DNA of 63,977 nt, filler included, from Porpidia crustulata (lineage: Eukaryota): the NCBI GenBank assembly GCA_964255105.1. It is 3 parts of 3 records of this genome, joined end to end, with 100 filler letters (N's around TTAATTAATTAA, not from the genome) between each part and the next. Parts side by side here need not be neighbours in the genome. Positions count along the whole stretch, not along the records: positions 43,624 to 63,977 come from CAXUWE010000117.1; 2 more parts are not named here. One strand, given 5' to 3'. The notes below the pieces were generated by a model. The model searched no databases and was not told where the DNA came from. It saw nothing but the letters and a program-made list of their open reading frames with translations. Positions 52,605 through 63,977 of the stretch are shown piece by piece. Both the position numbers and the translations under genes were made by a program. Position 1 is the stretch's first letter; each line of letters begins with the position of its first letter.

Positions 52605-53651
52605 AAACGTCTTATCCAATGCAAGTCTCAATGACTAAAATGAAGAGACGCTCCTTGCTTCCGGACCTGATTGTGAAGACAGTTCCCTTGATTCCCCCCG
52701 TGAAAACCGCAAACAATAATCCCGAAACACCTGCAATTGAAGCAATCTACGGTTATACACTTAAAGTCCAAACATATGATAGTACAAGAAGCCTGAGTAT
52801 TCGCATTATCAAACTATAGGCTAGGGCATTTTATGACAAAACACTGGAAGTAAGCCGCGATGCATACTAGGAGATGACAACATGTTCAATCGGAAAAGCA
52901 AACACCAATACAACCTCATCTTCAGCCAGCGCGAATTACACATACGATATACAAATTGGAGCAAACGGAGATGCGTACTGGCTGAGGCGTGGGGAGTTGC
53001 ACCAAGAATTCAGGAGGTAGCGAGTAGCAAATGACAGACGGAGGTTGAAAGGAATAGATAGGAATGTACTACGAGAATTGAGATGTAAGTATGTCGAGCA
53101 TGAATCCAAGTAACTCAAAACTGCCACGCATGCATTAGATATCACGCTCTAACGCTCTATATTTGGCTGATTGACGAAGGGGAATAGCAATGATGGATAT
53201 CATAATGTGACTGGTTGATCGTTAGGCTCGTTGGGCAGCAATTGGGGGGGATAAGGTGGTTAAATCATGTAGATACCTTACCGGAGTCGGTCATTTTGGC
53301 AGTGTGGCCACTGGTGATCTGCAGTGGTTCATGCAAGCGACTTGGAATTGTTTGGGGCCTCCAACACACCTGAGAGAGCTCGAGGGAATCAACCAAATCC
53401 AGTCGGGAGTGTTCTTTGAACAAATTTGTCGTGTACATCCTTGATACATCTCTTGCGAGAAGCTAACCTGCATCCTCGTCTACGACTGGGTTTTCACCCC
53501 GTCGACGGGAATTTGCAGGTCGCTACAGAGCATACCAAGCCAGTGCATGAACTACAGCAAATAGCAATTGCATCCAGTGTCCTAGATCTCTACCCAGATC
53601 GCCATAATACTCGTCGCTTACATGTAAACTACAATGATCCTGTAGATCAAT

Positions 53652-56280
53652 TCATTCGGTCCGGAGCACCCTCGCCCCTCGTCGTTTTGCCGTCTTCTTC
53701 TTCTTGTTCCCTTTATCAAATGCCACCGCGCTGGCGTGATCTCTGCCAACGTTATCAAGGTCCTTGACTTTGTAGATTCTAATGATCCAGTTCTCGCTTG
53801 TGAACGCTTCTTCGAGCGTGTTCAGTTGCGGCCCTTCCGCCGGCATCTTAGATCCTCGAACTCGATCTTGAGCTTGCCCCGCGGGAAAGAGCGAGTTGTA
53901 GTTGTAGTAAGACATTTTATACCTGAAATAGTTAGCAGGTTCGTTGCGGTTCACTGTTGAAGACCCAGGCTTACATCAGGCTATTTCTCATGGTTGGTGT
54001 GGCCTCATCATCGACCCTGTACTCTCCTCTGGCGGTGAAGAAGTCTCGTTCTTTGACTTCGTCAGGCCAGATACCTTCGGCAATCCGGACCATCCAAAGG
54101 AATTTGTTGATATCGTCGCCCGAGTAACCCAACAAGCCGCCAAACACGACCAGCACGTAGTCAACGTCATGCTGCCTCAGAATAGGATAGCTTACTTCCT
54201 CTTGAGAGCTCATAGCCTTTCCGACAGTGGCTATATGCGTGTTGTTCCAAGTATTATTATCCACGAGGGTAGGCCTATCAGCCATGCCTCCGATCTGATA
54301 ACCATAGTCCCACCAGGACATGATCTTGGCGTTGTCGGCGGTGTTTTGCCGGAGCCAATAATATGCTTCACGATAGTCATCAATAATATGTTGACTGCCA
54401 TCAGGCATCTTGCTGGCCAGTACTACCGACGGCGACGAGTATGCGTTCGAAGTCACCCAAGTGCAATGAAGCACAAATAGAAGCAGGTACGTCGTGATAG
54501 CCGAGACCATGGAGATTTTGGAGACGTAAGAATATATGCCCAGAATCGGCTTCCGAGTAGATCTCAGCGAATCTAGCACGGCTGAAGTCGCGCTCTTGGC
54601 ATTGTCGCCAGTTGCATGCCCATTCGACTGGGCTTCCGTTGGTGGGGAGTCTGCGACGAGATAGGTGTCCAAGATGCTGGAAAGAGCCAAGGCTGCAGCA
54701 ATACATACAACAGGTGTGAGGGTCAGCATCAGCCTGACCATCACGCCTGCAAAGTAACTTGCTAAGACGGCGTAAATTACCACAAAAACTTGCTCGTCTG
54801 TCAGTCTCTGGAAGCACATGTAGACCCCAGCGGGGAAAAGCCATATCAAAAGGTTCAAATCGAAGAAGAAAGCTGGCCACGCTGTTGGCTGATGTTCCGA
54901 TACCGATGCGATGATGGGGATATGAATCTTTGCGTAGCCCGTGTCCCAGAGTGAGTAGAAGCGACCGCTCCAAGGGGCGATGACTCCTGATACAGTCAAG
55001 AGGACCAGAAGGCCAAACGAAACAGCAAATACAACCAGAATTAGGCTGCGGAGTAGTGTTTGGAATTGCTTATTCGGTACTTGTTGGCGGATGAATTCAA
55101 CGAATGCCACAAGTTGAAGGAGGCCGAATACACCTAATATCGTTAGTCTTATCCTAACATTAGATAGATCGCTCCGTACCTAGAGCCGACATGTGTTCGC
55201 TACTTCTGATCGGGAGAAATCCGACAAACGGTACCTGCATACTAGCCAATGTACCGAGGGCGAACCAAGTGCTATAGCTGACATACAGTCTAGGACTATA
55301 TCTGCCCATGCAAATCAAGACAAACGCATGGAGTGGCAGCAGGTTCGTGATGAAGACATAGCCTCCCCACGCGGACACCATGTAGCCATAGAACAACGCG
55401 GTCCACGCACCCCACATAGCAGACCCGTTTTTGATAGCCTTAATCCATAGATAAAACGTGAAGACAAGAAGGAATATAGCAATGGCCTCATTGTCATAGC
55501 TTCCAGCCACAGATCTTGATATATAGCCGGGCGTGATCCCCATGAATGCAGCTGCCAGAAGACCAGCGGACGGTGACGTTGTCATCTCCGATGTGATGAG
55601 GTATGAGGCTAAAGCTGTAAGGCCAGAGCATGCTGGCGCAAGAAGAACGCATATGTTCCGGATATCAATAGGTAGCGACAGAAGGCGAAGGATATGGTAA
55701 ATGACACCGCTAGTCACCATCAGACCAGGGTAGAGCGTCCCACCAGTTACACGACCTAGCGGATGCCATGTTCCTGTGAAAATAATGTTGTAAGCTCGAG
55801 CAAGTCCTCAATTGCAGGGTAGTATAGCCATATTCTGCCATTTCTTGTGCCGGGTGGATATGTAGAAAGGCTTACGGTCATCGAACCAGTCCCAGAAGCT
55901 GTAGAACCCGTTCTGTACAAGATATTTTGTGGCTCTAAAGTTGAACCAAGGATCGACTGGAACGCTGGTCAGCGTTGAAAATCAATTGCCTTGTAGCAAG
56001 ACTGCTACAGGTCATTCGCGACTTCGGGCTCGCTTGGAGGGAGACAAACACTCGTGTATGATGCTCTCGAAACCTAGAACCCATTAGTCTTCTGCATGTG
56101 TCACAGATATTGAAGCCTCTTGCAATCAAGAGAATTCAGGGTGTGCGTACGAATGACACTGAAAAGCCGACTGGCAACTGCGGCCGCAGCAATGGTTAAG
56201 AGAATGACCAGTCGGAGTAGCCCTCGTGTGTTTCTACCTGTATCACCCTTTAAGAAGGGCTCCACAGAAGTTGGCGGCAT
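53652..56280 (-). CDS. STT3: Oligosaccharyltransferase catalytic subunit STT3
   Basis: Motifs [46 protein letters not shown] and DDINKFLWM. Six exons including a 24-nt mini-exon at about 56050-56073. Confidence 0.97.
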
Positions 56281-58377
56281 TGCAACGGGCGTGAATGGTA
56301 AGAAAGGTAGATTAGCTAGGTTATGAACAGAAGATTCTCTAAAGCCAGATCTTCATGGTTTTTGAGCCTCAAAGATTTAAGCTCAAGCTCCCGTCCGCCA
56401 AGCTTAACGGACTCAATTTCACGCCCAGGTTGCCGACACAGTCTGTAACCACATCAAGAACGGCTCCGTAAAGAATGATACTACAGTTCTTTTGGCGATG
56501 TGTACCAGTTTCCTTTCAACTCCTTGACTTATCAGTTTTTAATCTTGCTGTCACAATTTCGATCAACAATCAATTCTCTCGTCCATATTGCTACCCGCAC
56601 CATGCCCAGCTTTCAATTACTGTGGTATCTTCTCACCTCCGATCCAAAAGTATTATTTCCTCTCAAACAATGTCATATACTCAATGTCACCAATTAAAGT
56701 ATAAGTGTACTACCCTTCGTCGCCAAAGCATATCAGAGAGTCCAAAGGTTACTGCTGTTGCCCTGAGTTCTTCAAAGCAACTGATTATTCACTTTCTTAT
56801 GATCGGATCTCGCTTTGTACCAGAGTCTAGCGACGCTATATGATAGACTTCCTATCTGTGCGAAATATTTCTTCTTGATCTACCAATATAGATTTCTGAG
56901 ATTTACAGATCCGCTGCATTGGTACCCAGGCACAACCGCCTGGTGTCGGCTTCAAGAAAGCTCCGTCGAACATGAGGACGAGAGCCACCTACGAACTGGA
57001 GAGCGATGGAACATTGTCAACATCTACGAGACAATCGGAGAAGATCCATGGTGTTTGTGTGTTGGTCAACGTTCTTGGCGCGCAATGCTAGAGGTTCTTT
57101 TCTTAGAAAGATCAAGTCTAGTTACGGTATTTTAAGAGAGCTTCAAGATGAGCGAGAACTTAAAGGCAACGTTAGAGTGTCCAAATCTACTGAACTAATC
57201 TTTTTACTATGGTCAAAGGCTTTGAAAGATCTGTGTCTTTGTGTATGGTAATAGGATGACATGTGGTCTACGAGCGTGAGTGTTTACAAGGGACTTTCAT
57301 AGCAGCAGAAGACAACAAAGATGTTGAACTACTGTCACATATCCTGATGTCGATTTGGGTCTGTCTTGACTAAATCCAGATCGAACAAACATCTAGTAGT
57401 GTAGTCTTTCCCTCAAACTAGACTGGTCATTTTTTTGGCGATAGGCTCAATATGCTGCTGCCTGAATCCCAATTGCCGTTCCTCCTCGCTTCGAGAAGGA
57501 AAACGACTAACAATGACACGCGTGGTAGAACAGTATAGTGGACGGCGTGTATTGAACGTCGAACCGTTACGAATAGATCACAACATACCATACAATTAGG
57601 GCGATTAGGAGGGTAGAAGCTCAATTGGCAGTTGGTAGCAGACATCCTGGTGACTCTGTAGGTGCCCATGTACTCCATACGCTGGCCCGTGCGAATACAC
57701 ACTCGTCACCCTCCACGCTTTGAGCCGTTAACGTCAAATAATGTTAGAAGGAGGAAGTGGACAGGCCGCTGCAGTCATGCAACTAGCTCAAGGCATTTTG
57801 GACGCCCGGTGGTCTTCGCGAAGTAAAAAGTAGGTAACACCCCGTACTACTGGTCCTCGGGGGGGCCTCGGGGTGTCCTCAGGGTTCCTTTGGCACATCT
57901 AACCGACTTTTAGGCTTTAAAGGCCAATAAACATATGGCGGGACGGTCGGGCGTCGCTCGCCTCACTTTTTGCACACTTCCCGTGAATCCGAACCTCTCA
58001 AGCAATCCTCCATGCGCTCTCGAAAGACTCCAACCAGGCTTGTTTCTTACTTTAGTGTGCTTGAGGCATTTCTACACACTGGCCATTCTTCAGGTTTGCA
58101 TCAGCACGCCTCTGATCTGGAGTCCTCAAATATGCAAACCATGTCCGCATGTCCCCCACCATCCTGACTCTCTTGTGCCACTCTACTGTACTTTTTCGCT
58201 CCACCATCTTGATTGCTCGCCCTCCGTCTTTTCCAAACACGCACAGTAATTCAGACCTGAAAGCCAATGTGAGTGTAATCATAGATGCTCTCTCGTTAAT
58301 GGTGTTGACCGAGATACAGTCACGTAAATTCGAGTGAAATCGATCAAGACCCATCTCATGATCCGACAGACGCAAAT

Positions 58378-60529
58378 ATGAACACTTCACCAAGCTTCTC
58401 CACCGTCCGGTCTGTTCTCAATGCTATGTCAATGGAGAAGGAGATCTTCTGGCTTGAGAACAAACACCTGCCACACAATGAACTTCAACGGCAATGGTCG
58501 ATCAAAACCGCTGGGCTCACCTCCATCCTCGGCCCTTCAGCACCTACCCCTCGACTCGACCTTGGCATGGAAAATCCTGATGAAACAGCAGTGCAGCAGG
58601 CATCTAGTAGACCTCGGATGGTACCACACTTAGCGGGCCCTGGCTTGGTACGATTTCCAACCCAACTGGATGGCCGTTTCGGGCTGACTTTGGTTGCAGG
58701 ATAACCCTCACGCTTACGGCCTGGATCGGGACGATGACCTTTCCCAGGATTCAACCCCAATGTCTCGAAAGCGCTCCAACAGCTCACGGAATGGACCTTC
58801 GCCGTACCCGAGCACTAATAGCACAGTCCCTCCACTCACCATCCACAATTACCTCGATGACGAAGAGCCGTTTAGCAATTACACTGTAAACGCACCACAC
58901 AAAATGCGGCGCACTGCTTCCGGGCGCCATCCATCAGCTGCTGCACTTACCATTTACGAAAACCCCGGTGACTTTATCAAAAAGTCTGAGAATGCCCTGT
59001 CACCCGCACTTCCCATTCATCAACGCCAGCGACGTAATTCGCGTCGCATATCATCTTCGCCTGGGCAGACTGCAATTTTCGGACGATTCTCGCCCTTGTC
59101 TGAATCGCCTGCAACGCCGACGAGCGATGGCCTGACACATGCAACAACTTACACAAGTGGTAACATGTCTCGTCAGAGCAGTCATGTGGGAAGCTCTATA
59201 GTTGGCGGCTTCGATATGTTGAAGCTCAGTTCTCAAATGTCCGATGTCAATTCGAATCCTAGCACCAGTCTGCAAAATTCCCCTCTCGATCTCAAACAGT
59301 CGTTGGCTCCACCCAAGGACTGCAATTTCAGTCAATTCGACGATGATTTTTCTTTTCTCATTGGTCATGCGGGAGGAATGCACGGCGATACATTGCATTC
59401 CCAATTTTCGTCTGTTCCTGACATTTCTACTTCCTTTAAATCTACCATTGAGGCAGAGCCGGTCGTCATGAAGCGATCGAGTTCAACTGAAACTAATGGC
59501 TCATCTCCATCCCGCGTCTCTCGGCGCAGCCAAGAGCAACTCGCACAGAGTTCGCGTCCGATTGCACCGAAGCTTGACAATGCAACACTGATGTCACGAC
59601 AAGCGTCGGCATCGTCAACGACATCGTCTGATCATCAAATGATTCGTATACCGTCAGCGGATGGGTCAATGAAGGATGTCGTGGCTATCGCGAAGGCGCC
59701 TTACGTTCGCCCAACGCACGATAAGATCAAATGCGCACAATGTGACCAGCATCCTGAAGGGTTTCGGGGAGAGCATGAGCTACGTCGACATACGGATCGT
59801 GCTCACAGTGTACTTCGCAAAGCCTTCGTTTGCATCGACATCTCCCCAGATCAGCAGTTTCTAGCCTCGTGTAAGGCTTGTCGTAACAACAAAAAATATA
59901 ATGCTTACTACAACGCTGCTGCACACCTACGTCGAGCTCACTTCAATCCTAAGCCTAAAGGCCGCAAAGGCAGCAAAGGCAAGGGTACCGTCAAGCCCGA
60001 GGAAAAGAGAGGTGGCAAAGGTGGAGGTAATCATCCGACCATGGAGGTACTGAAGACATGGATGAAAGAAATTGAGGATAGAGTCTCTCCGGACATGCCT
60101 CCGTACGAGGACGAGGATGATGAGGAAGAGCTTGCGATGCATGGCATGTCTGACGATGCTGTCGACAACCAATTCCTACAATCACCATACGACACCCTGT
60201 TCAGCCAGCACAACTTCGTACCCACGACCCTGGCGATAAGCGTCCCAACCGCCGACCGTAACCCCAATCCTTACACTCCGTCAACATTCGCCATACCCGC
60301 TCCCACTCAACAATCGTCCTTTAATACTCCAGCATATTTTACTCGTGCTCAGCACGCTGTCACTCACGACGATCTTGACGTTTTGACCTTTTCTCAAAAT
60401 GTCAACTCTGATGATTCACGCAACGTTGTTCCTAATGACTTTGATGATGATTTCAATATGTCTTCGTTGTTCGAAGATTCTCAATTTTATGATGGGTCAG
60501 ATGGTGCTAGCTTTCCAGGCCCTTTTTGA
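58378..60529 (+). CDS. Putative Zn-binding transcription regulator, KLAP1 (key lime pathogenicity protein)-like
   Basis: CAQCDQHPEGFRGEHELRRHTDRAH, CKACRNNKKYNAYYNAAAHLRRAHF and KRGGKGGG; intron 58648-58699 joins the two ORFs in frame. Confidence 0.72.
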
Positions 60530-62791
60530 GTTCCTCGTCTATCTTGATACACTTTTGCGCATCCCTAAACCTTTTGTCCTGAACAAGGAATTTCCCTTCA
60601 TTACGAAGTTTCATTTGGAGAAATGTACACTTCAGATGTAACAGCTATATCTTGGTTGGTAGGAAAGTCAGTGGCTTTGGCGGAGGGTTCACGGGACTTT
60701 GCTTTGGCTTTCTGGCGCTTTCTCCGTCAGTGTCTCTATAAAGTTTTTGGGAAGGTATCTTGGTGCGATGTCTGTATCATCTTTCCTTCCGCGGTTTCTG
60801 CGCGGAAGCTTCGTCTTCTCTACGGTAGTGGGATTGTACTGTACCGGGAGGATGACTGTACGGCCATATTGCCTTGCCGCAGAGCGTTGTATCTTACATG
60901 ACTGCGGGGCTTGAGTTATATACATCTTTGAACATCATTGGTTGATGGTCAACAGAGAAACACCTTCTACACTACGCTGCATGCCTCTGCTCCTGAAACA
61001 TTGCTTCGACAACGGTACAAGCTCTCTCGTCCACTCTTCCATGAACGAGACAGTCCACCCACCCTTTCAACTAAACTCCAAATAACAAAAGCCAAGCTTA
61101 CGGCATTGATCACCAGAAGGACTTACAATCCATCCTTGTGGATGCGAGACATCATCGACTCTTATATTCCCATTGCAAAATTCCCCTAAGCGCCAGTGCC
61201 ACGTAAGTCAGGATTACAGCCACAGCCACATCCTACCATCGTATCCTCTCACTCCAGAAACCAGCAGCGCCACCTCTTGCGACCGTCTCACCATCTCGAT
61301 AGTTGATATGATGACGACAGTTACGTCCTCAGAAATACACCCGCGCTATATCTCAGCACCTATGATACTAGACTCTTGTCAGGTTGCAATGGAAGACTAT
61401 AATTGACCCAAAGAGGTTCATTGTTTTGCCTCGTATCCGGGGTCTACACGCGTAAACCGTAAAACGACGATACTCAATCAAGTTAGAGCACTGCCCATTG
61501 GTGCTGTCTACGACAAGGGGTCTAGATTCATCTGCAGCCAGCCATTGCGGAGACGTATCTCCAGTAGGTGGGTGGGTGTCTTGGCTGAGCGAGGTGCTAC
61601 ATTGATTTTCTGGTGGGGATGGGTTATTTGATGATGGTGAGGGTTGGAGATGGTGATGGTTTTGTGGTGTTTTGGGGGACGATTGGAGGTTTTGATGGAT
61701 CGGATTTGAGGGGGTGATTGGTGGCGCTTGGTGGATCATGGGGGGATGTACGGGTAAAAGTCATTGCGGTACTTAAGTGGGGGATTAATCTTAGAGTGTA
61801 ATGACTTTTGCGCAGCTTCGTTGGATCGATGGACGATATCATATTCAACTTATATTATACGCATGATTTTAGATTGTTAAGCATTTTGCCAAAGATTCAT
61901 CACCGCCTTTACATATCTTATGCTGGAGGAGAATACAATCCTTCAAGTGAGCTCTTTAGCGAGTCGACTGCTTGAAAAGTGCTATGGTCTCGCAGCACGG
62001 CTATCTTGGAGAAAACTACTTGAATTTATATAGATATCTAGTTTCGGGATCAACTGTAGGACTGGGGATTTCTCAGCCAATATCACCTCCCTAGATCAAG
62101 AAGACCTTGTTCCAGGAGTGGGGAAAAACAAGACTTGTCGAGTTCCAGCAGAAACATTAGAGTACGGATATTGCGGTGAATTGAAAGTCTATGGAAGGTC
62201 CATGGCGGAGACAACAGCGCAATCAGAGACTGTCACAAAGGGAAATGCAGAGATATCAAGGTGGGCTTTTGTTACTTATGAGTATCAGACAAATCGGTGA
62301 AAATTGTGCGAATTGGCATAGCACACTAAATCGCCGTGTCTTTAATTATATGATGCCCATTCCAGTTAGGGCTTTGGCAGCCCCCTAGTCGAGCCCAGCT
62401 GTGACTAGCGCATCCATGACCTATCAGTGAAGGAGCCATCGAGCCACACAAGCTTTCCTAACCCGCGCCCGTGCCCTACTTCGCCTTCTTCGCTTTTCCT
62501 TTGTCCGCTTCACCTCAGCTTTGTGACGTTCTCCGTTTCATACCAACTATTTACAACATAGACGCCACCTTGACAAAATTGGTACTTGACAGCTGTCTCT
62601 TCCTGAACCATCGTCAAAACTTATTATTACAAGAGTCAGAGGACATTCACAGTCAGAACGATCAGAGTGAGTGGATCCTGTCCGGCCGGAGCTGAGCGGT
62701 GGGTACGCGGCGCATCACTTTTCGCTGACTTTGGAGGACTGTTAGAGAAGCATATTCGGAAACCGTCCATACCAATCAAAAAGCAATCACT

Positions 62792-63492
62792 ATGTCGAAC
62801 CAGGGCTACTACGCACAGCAGCAACCGTACCCGCCTCAGCCAGCGTACGTTCCCCCTATCAAGGAGAAAGGAGAGCCATAGAGATCTGCCTTCTTCCCTT
62901 TCGTCGATCTTTGCACAAGATTTCAATCGAGAATAAAATATGATCAATTTCAGCATTCGACATCGCTGACTTGCCTTTCTTCCTTATACAGTTACGGTGG
63001 AGGAGGTGGCTACGCGCCTCAACAAGGTTACCCACCTCAGGGCTACCCACCCCCACAGGGCAATTACGGAGGACCACCACAGGTATGTTCTCAAACGATA
63101 AAACCACTAAATTTCTACCTTGCTCGCCCGGCGAATGTGCAGAAGCATACGGCCAGAAAACGCAGAACGAAGGATAGATTGCTGACCGGTTTTGATAGAT
63201 GCAATACGCCCAAGCGCCTCCCCCAAAGAACAACTCAAGTAATAAAGGTTGTCTAGCCGCTATGTGAGTTTCCCTATCTTGAGATCCTCTCTTTGCATCA
63301 CGAACTTCCTTCCAAGCACGACCCAGGTAGCGCTTGGCACAACCGTGGTTACAACCCAAATTTCCTCTTATAAATCAGACTTTGCAACACATTACTAACT
63401 CGCATCAACCAACCAGTCTCGCCACCATCTGTTGTTGCTGCGCCTGCGAGGATTGTCTGGAGTGCTGCGAATGCTGCGCCGATTGCTGTTAG
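62792..63492 (+). CDS. CYSTM-family cysteine-rich tail-anchored peptide, 94 aa, four exons
   Basis: Exons 62792-62844, 62992-63082, 63199-63263 and 63417-63492 give MSNQGYYAQQQPYPPQPAYGGGGGYAPQQGYPPQGYPPPQ...KGCLAAILATICCCCACEDCLECCECCADCC*. Confidence 0.88.
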
Positions 63493-63977
63493 GCACTTCC
63501 TCACCGGACGGAATATGGTTGAGTCTGCTGGGAAGGGGGGGGAACTGGATCGTTAGTTAGGGGGGACAACTCACAAGCAATGGGGAACCTGTCGGTAGTG
63601 GACTAGGCGAGGTGGAGCCTCATGGTTGTACGTTGTTGTTGTCGAGGGTTGTCACAATCATCCCTGGTCCCCTGGCAACGGTTTGACGGCCGTAGCATGC
63701 ATGTACTTTTCTCTCCTTTGGGTGTTGTTCGTTTCGGTTGCGTGGTTGCGAATGTTGTGGTCTATGTGAATTTTAGTCGATAAAATATGCGTGGTTTTGC
63801 TTGGGTCTTGTCAGCTATGAGTGTGTGTGTTATCTCTGGCGTTGCTCGGAGATGTGTTTTGAGATTGAGATTCTGTGATGATGAAATATTTGGGAACGGC
63901 GTCGTTGCGTTGCACCTTTTTCTTCTTTCTTTCCTCCATGCACTCTCGCCTCTCCCTTCTTCTTCTTGTGGCCCTTG

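Noticed and set aside
56475..57251. Short plus-strand ORFs divergent from STT3, possibly a decayed gene
   Set aside because: Fragmentary and in several frames; no family could be assigned without a search.

Overview
Gene-dense genomic DNA from a filamentous ascomycete (Pezizomycotina; Eurotiomycetes-like by protein style, which is inference). It has short GT-AG introns with CTRAY branch points, one 10-N gap and two 100-bp scaffold linkers. About 20 protein-coding genes are supportable: SR-protein kinase, 4-coumarate-CoA-ligase-like enzyme next to a TmpA-like membrane flavoprotein, acyltransferase-3, F-box protein, rhodanese-PTP phosphatase, a six-exon FKBP, histidinol-phosphatase, AcpS-type PPTase, DUF1774-like protein, leucine aminopeptidase, R3H-associated protein, ferritin-like protein, thymidylate synthase, cystathionine beta-lyase, a carrier-like membrane protein, two Zn-finger-type proteins, a coiled-coil protein, STT3 and a CYSTM peptide. 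There are also two MITE-like foldback elements. The stand-out observation is a tRNA-Arg(CCU) gene (27000-27123, minus strand). Its T-stem is interrupted between positions 61 and 62 by a 52-nt insert with spliceosomal intron signals (GTAAGT...CTAAT...TAG). Exact excision of that insert restores a complete cloverleaf. Exon boundaries were read by eye and need RNA-seq confirmation.
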